A DNA stretch of 64,000 nucleotides. Origin: Takakia lepidozioides (lineage: Eukaryota > Plantae > Bryophyta). The translations under genes and the position numbers were made by a program. This document shows positions 11,201 to 23,100 of the stretch, piece after piece. Where the stretch lies: contig CM060731.1 of assembly GCA_030704615.1 (NCBI GenBank), forward strand, positions 76,818,001 to 76,882,000, given 5' to 3'. The notes under the pieces are model-generated. The model did no database searches. It was not told where the DNA came from and saw only the letters and a program-made list of their open reading frames with translations. The first letter of the stretch is position 1. Every line of letters begins with the position of its first letter.

Positions 11201-12890
11201 CACATCTTCACTCTTCAGGTTATGGTGGAAAGTGCACGCTATGACAAAAGAATGGTCTATGTTTGCTTCGTGGACTTTCACAAAGCCTTTGATTCAGTTC
11301 CTCGGGACCTTCTCTTCCAACGGCTCCATAGAGTGGAAGTCCCTCCAGACATCCTTTGTGCCATCTCTTCTATGTATGAGATTGTCACTGGCATGGTCAA
11401 TGTCGCTGGTGAATTCTCAGCCGAGATCCACAGCAACATTGGAGTCAAACAGGGCTGCCCCCTTTCACCTACCCTATTCGGGATCTACATTGACACCTTG
11501 GAGAATTACATATCAAAAAACCATGGGGTTGGGGTCCCATTGGATGGGGGACCAACCCAATCAGATCTCCTCTATGTTGATGATGTTGCCCTTTTGGCAC
11601 AATCCCAGGTCTTTCTGCAACGCCATCTCAAAATTTTGGAACAGTTCTGCAAAGACTATGGGATGCAGGTCAATCTTAGCAAGACCAAGATCATGGTCTT
11701 CAATGGCCAGGCTGATCGTAGATTTCAACCAGCAGGAAATTGAGATTGTGAAATCATACTGGTACCTAGGTCTGGTTATCCACTTCCCCAAGTTTCACTT
11801 TGTAGCCACTGCCTTGGACAAGTTGACTAAAGGTAAGGCGGCCTCCGTCCGCCTTCAGGCCAAATGCAAGCAAATACATCTACGGCATCCCCTGACCAAA
11901 AAGTGGCTGTTTGACACCGTCGTCAGCCCTGCTACCATCTATGGTTGTGAGTTCTGGGCACCTGGTGTCCCTGTCTCTTGGTGGGAAAAGAATTTGGAAC
12001 CATTACAGTCATCTTTTCTCCAAGCAATGCTTGGCGCCAGGAGCAGAACTCCATCTCAGATCCTAGGTGCAGAGTTCGCATGTATACCGTTGCAATCCGA
12101 GGCCCTCTTCAGGCTTACAATCTTTCTCCATAGATTGCAGGCCCTTCCACCCAAAGGGCCAGTGGCAAGGGCCCTCACAATATCTATGAGGCTCAAAGCT
12201 GCAGGTTTCAGGAACTCCTGGTATGCTCGAGTGGACAGTTTATTTCAACGTAACGGACTTTCTACTGCTTTCCTATTACCAATGAACCCAGATGAGGTGG
12301 ACATCACATCCAGACATGACCGCAACATACTCATTCGGAGAGAGCTTATGGAATTACATGTCAAGAGAATTTGGATGCTACCCAATCTCACGACAAAGCT
12401 CCACTTCTATCGAGAGACATTCTTGGTGCTCCGCGATGATAGAATCTTGAGACCAAATTGCCTTTCAGCACCCTTATCTCCTTCCCTCTTGAGGGCATTG
12501 GGGTGGTTCAGGGTGAGTTCCCACAACCTACGGATAGAGACTAGCAGATGGGAAAACCTGCAACGGGAGGACCGCCTATGTCCAGCTTGCATAGGGCGCA
12601 GCAAGGAAATTGAAACTGAAGAACACTTCTTCTTCTACTGCCCTCTATACTACGAGATCCGTGGGAGATTCCACTGTTTATTCAGTGGAACCCAAACTCT
12701 CACCGGTGTCTTTCACTATGAGGATCAAAAATGCGTGGCAGCCTACCTACACGAGGCCTTCACCCTTAGACAATCGCTAGAACATTAATTATGGTTTCTG
12801 GATTTGTTCCTCTCATGTTTTCTTCCATTTTGTCCCATAAGCTCTCCGAGCTTTCCGCGGACGTTATAAAGCACCATTTCATTTCATTTC
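8218..12890 (+). mobile_element. Near full-length non-LTR retrotransposon, RTEX/RTE-like LINE (family 1), degenerate
   Basis: CpG-rich 5' UTR; ORF1 8321-9472 (coiled coil plus RRM-like IRFKD..YLNDDLT); ORF2 ~9476-12788 with APE (SWNCNG, VGDFNAR, SVVDY, SDH), RT (FVDFHKAFDSV, GVKQGCPLSP, YVDD) and C-terminal FRVSSHNL..CPAC..EEHFFFYC; (CATTT)3 tail; stops and frameshifts. Confidence 0.93.
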
Positions 12891-13152
12891 TCTTGTTTTT
12901 CGGCTCTGCCCTCAACTGCATGCGGTATCCCGCGCCTCAGCTACTGCGGTAACCGGTGGCCTCTCGCCGGTTTTCGGACATAACAGGCTGTTTTAAGGAT
13001 CGAAATGACTGGCCATATCCAGTCGTTGGAACGACCTTCCAGTCATTTTGTGGTACTTGCTACTAGCACGAGTTACGACGACGTTATTACTTTACTGTCA
13101 TTTGCAGAGATTGTTCTTCGCACTCTTTGTTACCGCGATTGAGGTCACAGCT

Positions 13153-15980
13153 ATGGTGCGGCGACGCGCTAAGCGTCAAACTGGTTGTGAAGCGCCCACG
13201 TTTGATCTCATTGTTGAGCCGACTCCGCCATCAAAAGAACAACGGACAATCGTTTTTTCAAAGAAGAAGCGGAGTAAGAGTCGTGTGTAATGCGTCGGTG
13301 AACCATCACGACCTGTGCAATCATCAAATGTCGATGCAGATGCAAATTGTGTACCAAAACCAGATTCTGTTGCGCTTGAACCAGATTCTGTGTTGATCGA
13401 TTCATCCTGGATTGCACATGATCCGGAGGTTCTTTTAGTGCCTGATCCATCTGTTGTTGCTGGAAAATTGGCAGATCCAGTAGACTTTATCAATGCAGAT
13501 GGCAACGTACCTGTACCTCTACCTAGGACTGATGTTCCTAGTTCTATTGGTCTCGCGGATTCTTCAAGTTCTGGGTAGTTCTGAGGATAGGGATCCTAAA
13601 GTTGAAGAGTTCATTCTAATTGATCCAAGTACTATTCCTGGGTATTTTGAAATACCTGAAGCGGCTGGAGTTGGAGATCTCTTCACCGATAGTCGTCCTC
13701 AGATCGATGACGATAACACTGAGCAAGATGTCAATGCAGAGCCACGTGAGCCTATCCCTAGTGTAAATTTTCTTCCTATTACTGAAGAAGATTACAACAG
13801 GATTGTGAACGATCTTAAGCGTCCTAGCGCTAAGAATGAGTCATGGGCCGTGAATAAGTTCAATGTGAGGAGAGCTTTCATGAAACTGGATTGCTCTGTC
13901 AAGATTGAAGACTTGCCTCTTCAAGAATTTGGAAAACTTCTTTCTCGGTTTTTCCTGATGTTGTGTAAGGGCAGTTCTGTTCGCTATCCAACTGCGAGTA
14001 TAATGACTATGTACCATTCTTTTAACCGTCTTCTCAAGTCTGCTCGTGAACATCGGATAATTCGAACAGGTGTTGTTGAGCCAGTTTTGTATGAGAAAAC
14101 ATCCTTATTTTGTGGCAACAAACAAGGCACTGATGGAGGCTATGAAGTTGTCCCGCAATGCTGGTGCTAACAAAGGAAGGCGGAAAGTAGACGGGATAAC
14201 TTGGGATGAAGAGCAAATGATTTTGTCGCATGAGCTGCACCAACTTAGTTACCACTGCTATGCCAGATGCGATTTGCTTACTATTGTTTTGTCGTCTTTC
14301 TGATTCGGGCAATATGAAGCTTTACAAGTTGCTTATTAATGACTTCACAATTGGAACTGACGAGGAAGGCCGAGCTTATCTGAAGTAAGATGAATTTATT
14401 TGTTGGTTTTTTTGTCAATGCTATTGTTGTTCTTCATAGCGGTATCTAATTACTTCGTCTTTTTGGCAGGTATGATGAGCGACTGTCCAAGAAATGTCGT
14501 GTCACTGAAAAGATTTTAAGATGAGCATTTCCGCCCTGCTGTTATCTTTCACGATGCAGATCTTCTACATACTTGGCATAGTATGATGTCTCATATGCCT
14601 GAGGGCTGTCAGGACGGCCATCTTTTCCTGTCAATTAAGCACAATACACGTGATGACGTCTGGTACAAGAAAGTTAACTGCGGAGAAGGATTTATGCGTA
14701 ACTGGATGCGGAATATGACAAAGAACTGTGAAATCAAAGTCGACATCACAAATCGCTCGGGAAGGGTTACCAATATTACTCGTATGGCAGCTGCCAATGT
14801 GCCTCCAGCAATCATGTCATTGCTTACTGGCCATCACAATACGAAGCCACTTGAGCGATATGACAGAACCAGAGAACTGAAGGCTAGGGCTGCGCAGGCT
14901 GTTCTTCGTGCTCCATACAATGAGAGTATAGGGGTACCTTGATGAACAGTTCAACTCGACACTTGGTAGCTGGCATTCCAAAGAGAATGGGAGTAAATTT
15001 CCTCTGGCAGATGTCACAAACCGCGTGTAAGGAGTTATTGCAGAGTGTTCGAACTTGAATCAGGCTGAGAATTCTAATTCTGGAATTGCTGTATCTAGTG
15101 ACACTGTCGGTTTCGTTCATTTCCATCATTCTCATCCTGTGAATCATGAGTTACCTATCAAAGGTCAGGTGCGTTCTGATTTCCCTAGTATGGCATCTCA
15201 TGTACAGCCTCAAAATAATGTGGTCTTACCTATCAGAGGTCAGGCTCGTCTTGAATTCCCTATGGCATCTCATGTACAGCCTCAAAATAATGTTAGACCA
15301 TATTTTCAACCACAGCCAGCTACTAAGTGTCGTCCTCTTGCTTCGTATCATCCAATTCGCCCCCACCTATTTTGCATGGGGGGGCTCTGAATTCTAATGT
15401 TCAGCTACGATCTAGTGGATATCACCATCCTTGGGCTCCGACGCACAGAAGTTTAGGGTCAGGGCATAGGTTGCCTGAGCGAGTTGAGAAGGGCAACCAA
15501 GCATCTCCATGCTTACATCTGGATAGTCGTACTTGGAAAACAGAAGCCAACGAGAAGGTGATTTTGTTTCAAAATGATATTGAGGCTTCTGAAAGCTTTG
15601 ATTGGAATTCAACTGATGATGATACCAGTTACACTCCGGTTATTGAGGCTAGTTCTATCCAATCTGGTCTTGGCATTGGTGGAAAGCCTAATATGGTGGA
15701 GCCAATTTTGAGTACTGCAGTTGTTCATGATGGGGATTCTATCTCGGTGATTCCAGCTGTGAATTCATTAGTTCCAATTGCAACGCAGTGTTCTTCTACC
15801 CTAGTACCAGTCGTTACAGCATCAGCTCCAATTGTTATATCCCGTCCGGCATCAGATCCATGTTCCATGATTCCAGGAGCTAGTTATGGACCAAATTTTC
15901 ATGTACCAACTGCATTTGCTACTTTCCATTTCCATTTTAGCAATGCAGGTCAGACGAGGCAATATTTTCGTGATAATTAG
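13153..15980 (+). pseudogene. Degenerate tyrosine recombinase gene (DUF3504/Crypton type; core ~13770-14930; intron 14385-14469)
   Basis: Reconstructed across frameshifts: LLSRFFLMLCK..RYPTASI..F.ATNKAL..ITWDEE..QMRFAYYCFVVFLIRG..LYKL..DF.IGTDEEGRAYLK|YDERLSKK..LFL..VWYKKVNCG..ITNRSGRVT.ITRM..LTGHHN..LERY. Confidence 0.85.
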
Positions 15981-16194
15981 ATTAAAGATTCTATAGTGAT
16001 TTTGTACATGCTATGGATTACAGTGTAAGATTACAATTGATTCCTCTGGAATTTGACCAGGGATATATACTAATGACATATGTTAATTGACATAAAATAC
16101 ATTTTTAGAGGTTGGTGTGCCAAGCTTGTGACACCTCTTCCCAATTTTCAAATGAATATGTAATGTTTCAATCTTCAGAATTCATTCCTACGGA

Positions 16195-16503
16195 TTTTAC
16201 GCTTCATCCAAGTGTAGCAAGGTTACCGATTTTACATCCGGAGATAGAGGGGTTATCGCTTTGTACCAACCAATCGAAGCATATAATATCAACAGATCTT
16301 AATTATGTTGTTTTACGCTTCATCCAAGTGTAGCAAGGTTACCGATTTTACATCCGGAGGTAGAGGGGTTATCGCTTTGTACCAACCTACAATATCAACA
16401 GATCTTAATTATGTTGTTTTACGCTTCATCCAAGTGTAGCAAGGTTACCGATTTTACGTCCGGAGATAGAGGGGTTATCGATTTGTACCAACCAATCAAA
16501 GCC
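16195..16503. repeat. Subterminal tandem repeat of the recombinase element (116-bp and 106-bp units, ~2.7 copies)
   Basis: ttttacgcttcatccaagtgtagcaaggttaccg starts at 16195, 16311 and 16417. Confidence 0.95.
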
Positions 16504-18084
16504 CGTTTTTCTACCTTGTCAGTAATGTGGTCACGGATTACCCTATGTATCCAGTGTGCTCTGATCCAATGGAAGAGAGCCACGTCATCGAGATGCTTCA
16601 AACAGCCAGTTATGGCATTGGTGGCCATGGACATGCCGAAATGAAACTAACACCGTTTTCTGCGGCAGGAGACATAATACTCGATGGACTTAAAAACTTC
16701 CGCGATTCTCATTGGAACTAACCTTCAACTATCACATCTTGAACAAGGAGAGCGGCAGGCTGTAAAGGAGTTATCGAAATAGTGTGAGCTTCCAGCTGCC
16801 CTTGGACAAAATATACCTTGCACAGTGTGTGGCTCAAAGAACTCATATGGCAAGGAAAGCAATTCCCATAGTGCACCTCCATCTCTCTCATTCGCCTTTG
16901 TTCTCAAAACCCATTTACACTCTGTCCTTCTGCAGACCTGCACTTCAATTTGGAACCAGACAAGGGGCGAGTAGCCATGTGCAATTGAGGGTGCTGCATC
17001 GAGGTGGACAGCCAGCTTCATACATTTGTTGTAGAGGATGAATTGCATCCTCAAATTAAGGAAATCCATGCTGAGTCGACGAGATTGTCCAGGCAGACGA
17101 GGAAGGTTGGGTATGTGCCTGACCAGCGCTTTGTCTTGCTCGATGTGGAGGAGACGAAGGAGGTTTCTCTGCCACCATAGTGAGAAGCATTTGGACTCAT
17201 CAGCAGGCCACCTGGGTATCTCAGCCCTGACAACCCAGCCATTATGTACCCCTTCATTGTTGAATGATGCGTGCCAGTGTGCGGTGACTAGTCAGGCTTT
17301 TCTCTTCATGCTTGAAAACCTATGCTCTCAGTTGCTCATCTACTACGACCACCTATTCTTATGATGTTTTTGTATCTGGACCCTACAAATTTCAGATATA
17401 AGATATACCCGCCCAAATCGATGACCTGGAGCCTAGACGCACTAAGATCTGGTAGCATTCAGGTATTTCAAACTGCAAAGCAAGCTGTCTGTCTTCTGTG
17501 TCGACCTAAGGGCCTGCGGTCTGCCACAAGACTAAAAAAAGCAAGATTGCAAGAGCTAGGGCAACCCGGACAATGGTGGAGATACGAAAGGAAGAGGCCA
17601 AAGTGTAGTGCTGAAGTAACATCCAAACACTTTTGTAAGCCTTTTCATGGAAAGCATGCACCTCCGCCATGGGGGTGTCTACTCCAATGCCTTGAGTGCA
17701 TGATTAGTTGTTTGTGTTGGCCAGGCTTGAATAGATGTTGCTTCAAGAATTTGAGTTACACATCTTCTTTGCCGCAGTGAAGGCCTAAGCATGATCACAC
17801 ACACATGATAGACCAAAAATGTAGCAAGTAAAAAGTGGACGGCAGAACAAGGGAGATAGCAATGGTACTACATATAATATCTCTATGGTTTCCCTTAGTT
17901 ATGCCGGCTTTGGCTGGAGTCTTTCTCTCTCTCTCTCTCTCCATGCTTCACGTGAAGAGCTAATAAGACAATGTCCTCAAAGGATCCCAACTTGGGAACA
18001 AAACATATCCATGACATCAGGGAGGATGGTATCAAGTGTTGGACAGTATGACTAAACAAGATGTAGTTTCATAGAATGATGCTA

Positions 18085-19025
18085 GGGTAAGTTGACCTAT
18101 GACTGAACAGGCGTCTATGACCGAACACCCCATTAACGCTTCTGTTAGTACCTATGACCATGCAGTGCTGGTCCCAAGACTCTCCATTTTTGTCACTTGG
18201 CAAACATGGTTGTGGCTTGAGGTGAAGAAGATCAAGGTAGTTTGCCTTGGTATCTCATAGAAGTCATGGATGCTTGAGGAGAGCAAGCATGAAGCTCAAG
18301 AAAGCCCAAACCCTAGCTTGGAATGCACAAACCCTAGCATGAGATGCACATGAAACCCTAGGTTCATGGGAACAGTCACCAAAGTGTGGGAATGGTCACT
18401 ATAGGCTGGGAACATAATGACATATAAAGACAATATAGGGCTTTTGGAGGATTTTCAAGGGCCTTTTGGAGGATTGTTTGGGGGATCTTTGGGGTCTTTT
18501 GAGGAGTTTTTGGAAGACACTATGAGGAGCTTTTGTAAGGCGTTTTGAAGAGCTCTTGAAGAGGTAAGATGACTGTTTGGAGGACTATTTGCGGTCCTTG
18601 AAGGCCAAGTTTTGGCAAGTTTTTGGAGCCTTTGGAAGGCTATGTGGAGGACCATTTGGGGTCTTTGAAGGCCAATATTTGGCAAGTTTTTAGAGCCTTT
18701 GGAAGGCTATTTGGAGGGCTGTTTGGGGTCCTTGGAGGCCGATATTTGACGAGCATGAGGAGTCTTTGGCGACTTGTTGAAGGAATATTTGGGGTCCTTG
18801 AGGGCCAAGATTTGACAAGCTCTTGGGGCCTTGGTGTACTGTTTGGAGTGTCGTTGTGCAAGCTTTGGGAGCCTTAGTGATGGGGCTACTTTTGCACCCG
18901 GCCTCTTGATCTTTCGACTTCAGATATTGGGACTTGTATGATTGAAGATCAAACGATAATCTTATTGGGTGGATACTTGTCAGCTATTCGGTGTTAGAGG
19001 GACCTAATCACCAGCTAGGGGGGCG
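18085..19025. mobile_element. Unclassified insertion relic with a DNA-transposon-like left end and a degenerate minisatellite (~18437-18880)
   Basis: Breaks collinearity with copy A at gatgcta|gggtaag; repeated ctatgac(t/c)gaaca near the end; repeated tttggagg/ggtccttg motifs; no matching right end found. Confidence 0.45.
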
Positions 19026-20163
19026 ATTGTGGCATAGCTCTAGGATTGTATGCTTAGGATGTGTGATGGACAACGATGTATGTTGTGGCACGATGCTTAG
19101 GTGCACGACAGCTGTCATGGTTTTAGTCAACTGTCAAGGACGGGAACATGACTGAACACAAACAAGAGATCAGACTAGAGTTACAAGACTAGACAAGAGG
19201 TCAAGGTCGGCGTGGCCGTATGCACGATGAGTAAATAAGAATCAAGACGATCTTTATAACAATGAACAAGAGTACAAGATATTGGAACACGACTTGAATA
19301 CTTGAATGCTGGAAACTGGACTGGAGTACCAGATATTGGAAACTGGGCTAGAGTACTGGGAGCTGGACTGAGTACTGGGAACTGGAAACAAGAGTAGCTT
19401 GAACTGGTGTTTGGCGAGACTGAAGAGTGTCTAGTCTCGCCTCCTATATATACTGACTACTAAGAAGCTTCCCTAAGAAGCTTCCCCTATGGAGGTTGCT
19501 TGCTGGAGAAGTTTCCACGATTAAACAAAGGTTTCTTGATGAAGAAGCTTCCTTAAACAAATGAGGTATCTTGATGGAGAAGTTTCCTCCAAAGGAAGCT
19601 TCTTGAGCAGTTTCCCAAGTTACTCTTGGTAATTTGGTAAACTCCCGGTAACTTGGTAAGTAATGGTAAATCATGGTAGATCATGATAAATTACGGTAAG
19701 TCATGGTAACTTCTGATAACATGGTAACTTGATAACTTCTGGTATTTACTCCTGATAAATTCCTCTGGGCTACGTCCGTGACATCATCCGGTAAGTAATG
19801 GTAAATCATGGTAGATCATGATAAATTACGGTAAGTCATGGTAACTTCTGATAACATGGTAACTTGATAACTTCTGGTATTTACTCCTGGTAAATTCCTC
19901 TGGGCTATGTCCGTGACATCACCCCCTCCTCTAACGCCAAGTTCCTCGAGGAGTGGTAAAATCTTGGACTTGCTTAGAGTTGGAGAAAATCCAAAATCCG
20001 GCGAATGATACTTGCCAAGTATTCGGCTCTTCGTTCTTGACTCAAATGATTTATAGGTCCCTGCAACCATTGATAATATCCAACACATTCAACTGGGACC
20101 ACGCAGTAATTTGAGCATTCTGATTTTTTAAGTTGTCTTCAAATATGATTTCGTTGTCTTCTG

Positions 20164-23100
20164 TGTCGCGGCCCTTTGCCTTGAGGGCAGGGGGTCGGGA
20201 CACATGAGGGGCTGCCCCTGTGGTGGGGGCAGCGGCAGCGATAGGTATGGGGGGCTGAAGCACCCTTGAGTGCCCAAGGCACTCAAGGAGGCGGAGGCGC
20301 TCACTAGGTGGAGCCCCGCACACCGGGTTGCGGTGGGGGTGGCTCCACAAGGGGTGGTGGTAGCTTAGCGGGACTTAGTGGGGGTGGCATAGGACTCACC
20401 ATGGGGGCGGAGACCTCGTGGTGGGAGGCGTGGGGAGTCTTGGGACTCATCACGGTCCATAGGGATCGTGGTGAGTGGGCCAAGACTCACCGCGACTCAT
20501 CACCGGGAGTCGAGGGTTTTCGTGGTGGTTCGCCATAAAATGGCATGGTTGGTTGTGAAACCCCCGCGGACAGCTACAGAAGTATATATAACGGGAGTAG
20601 TGACCCCGAGAACGGTGCAAGCCTGTTGGTGACCAAAAACTAGTGAGTAAGCGAGCGAGCCGGAAAGCGACCAAAGAGTGGGGAGCTGTTCCAGACTGCC
20701 ATCTACTAAAGGGAATTCCACTAGGCCCAAATAGGTGGAGGGTTTAGTGGGAGAGGGAAGGGGGACCGTTATGTCCCGGTGAGCAGCCGAAGCTCCAAGT
20801 TGGCCCGGCGGCCAGGTTGGGAGTCAGGCGCGCGCATCAAAGCGAGTAACTATGACTTGAAGGGGAGCTTACCGAAGTGAGGTGCACGACACTTGGTATC
20901 AGAGCTTAGAGTTCAGTACGTGATCGTCCTTGGGATTGGCCTCATCATGGGGTCGGGCAAGCCAAAGCGAAAGCGGAACGGCCCAAAAGATGATGATCCT
21001 GGTGAGCCCGATGGGGGCGACGTGTCACCGAAGCGGCCGTTTGAGGAAGCGACGCAGGTTTCTGAGAACGAGGCCGCTCAAGAGCGGTAGGAATCCGAGG
21101 AGTTGGAGCCCGAGGAATCCCTGAGAGCTCCGACAGACCAACAGATGCCTCCCATGCCGGCAGCTTTTTGGAAAGGGTTGTTGGCGCAGTTTGGCGGGAC
21201 GTTGAAATACGTGTTGAAGGCGGCTAATGCCACTTCCGCTAAGGCAAAGTTTAAGGTGAAGCCTAAGGAACCCGGCACCTTCGAGGGCGTCCAAAATCAG
21301 AAGGCACTCAACACCTGGCTCTTGGAGCTAGAGCAGTACTTCCGGGCGGCCAAGTTGAGTGACGAGGATCGGGTGGAAGTGGCTCCCACCTATTTGAGGG
21401 GCTATGCTCAACAATGGTGGCAGAAACGCCTTCACGACCGAGGTCCAAGCCCGGAAACCTTGAACTGGAGTGGGTTCAAGGAATTGATGAAGAGACAGTT
21501 TGTGCCCCTCAATGCGTCCTGGCTTGCCCGGGACAAGATGAGGAATTTGAAGCAAATAGACGACATTCGGGGATATGTCCAGGCTTTCAATGTGCTTTTG
21601 CTCGAAGTCGCGGACATGGCAGAACCGGAAATGGTCTTCAACTTTGTGGCGGGACTGGCCCCATGGGCCAGGCGGAAGTTGGAGGAGAAGCCACCTAAGA
21701 CTTTGAACGAGGCAATTGAGAGGGCTGAATGTTTCTCAGATGTCCCTAGGGGTGAAAGACAAGGTCGTACGGAGTTGAACCACAAGAAGACTCGGCGGGA
21801 AGGTGACTCCTTCCGACCGGAAAAGAAGTGGGATAGGCCACGCGGCGACAATGGCACGTGGAAATCAAAGGGAGGGCCTTCACACATCAAGGCGGCACCC
21901 GGTGCTTCGAAAGGAAAAGTGGGTGGAGCGGCCTATGGCGGACAGAAGGCGATCTTTGATGGAGTGTGTTTCAATTGCGGAGAGCCCGGGCACATGGCCA
22001 AGAAGTGCACGAAACCCCGACAATTGAACATGACTCGGGCAACCACGGAGTTGTCGGAAGATACCATCAGTCGCTTGGTAGAAGCGGTGGTCGCCAGAAC
22101 TTGCAAGGTAGGCAAATATTCTTGTGAGTTGTATCAGGAAACTGGCGCATTGCGTAAAGGGAGTCACTTATTGTTCGTGGATGGGATAATATCCGGAACT
22201 AACGTGTCATTGTTGGTGGACACAGGAGCGTCGCACTCCTTCATGACACCGGCAACGGCACAAAAGCTGGGACTCCCGACAACTGACGTAGGGGCCTCTA
22301 TTGAGGTGCGTTCTGCCAAAGGAGAACCGCAATTGGCGACGAGGTTGGCGTTCGATGTTCCTCTTCAACTGGGGAGTTGGGAGGGACGTGAAAACTTCAC
22401 TGTCTGCGAGATCGATGGAGTGGATCTCATTTTGGGGATGACCTTTTTGAGCAGATCCGGAGTGGTCATAGATGGCCGCAAGAGGGTAGTCACGTTGCCA
22501 TGTTGGAATGGTGGCGAGGTCTTACGAGTTTCGGAAACGCCCAAACTCCTGGGAGGGCGAATAAACCTTATGTCAGCAAGGGAGTGGGCCGTGGAGGAGG
22601 CACACGAGCCCCAATTTTTGCTCTACATTAGAGAAGTGAAGGGAGAAGGCGATGGAGAGCCGAGCCCAGATTGGATCAAGGGGATTTTGGAGAAATACCA
22701 TGATGTGATGCCGGAGGATTTGCCAAGCGGCTTGCCACCGCGAAGAGGAGTTGACCACAAGATTGAGGTGATACCGGGATCGGAACCGCCTGCCAAGGCG
22801 CCCTACCGGTTGAGCCACAGAGAGTTGGTCGAGCTGAAGACTCAGCTCAAGGATCTAATGTGAAAGGGGTACATCCGGCCGAGTAAGTCACCTTACGGAG
22901 CCCCGGTGCTATTTGCAGACAAGAAGGATGGGACGCTGCGGATGTGTGTCGATTACAGGGCTTTGAATAAGGTGACTATAAAAAACCGGTACCCTTTGCC
23001 AAGGATCGACGACCTCTTCGATCGATTGGCAGGAGCGAAGTATTTCAGCCGGATCGACTTGCGCTCCGGCTATCATCAAATTCGGGTGGCGGAAGGAGAT

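Larger units (their letters stand above)
12983..16610 (+). mobile_element. Crypton-like tyrosine-recombinase DNA element, 3628 bp, with imperfect TIRs and a TA duplication
   Basis: Left end acaggctgttttaaggatc vs reverse-complemented right end actggctgtttgaagcatc (16/19 identical; 25/32 over the longer alignment); TA at 12981-12982 and 16611-12; interrupts the PPR fragment; encodes a DUF3504-type recombinase. Confidence 0.82.
7939..16635 (-). pseudogene. 5' fragment of the PPR-DYW gene (copy B), split into 7939-~8215, 12891-12982 and 16611-~16635 by two insertions
   Basis: Matches 3901-4215 (YSETCASLLRSCARMK..GNALVNMYVKCGSV); MSMATNA start at 16634. Confidence 0.88.

Noticed and set aside
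12914-12982. Alternative left end for the recombinase element (AACTG..CAGTT mini-TIR)
   Set aside because: This segment reads in frame as PPR N-terminus; the longer TIR and the TA duplication place the end at 12983
13153-15980. DIRS retroelement or prophage integrase
   Set aside because: No RT/RNase H or phage genes lie within the element ends, and the gene has a spliceosomal intron
16195-16503. CRISPR-like array
   Set aside because: Units are contiguous tandem repeats without unique spacers; eukaryotic context with no cas genes
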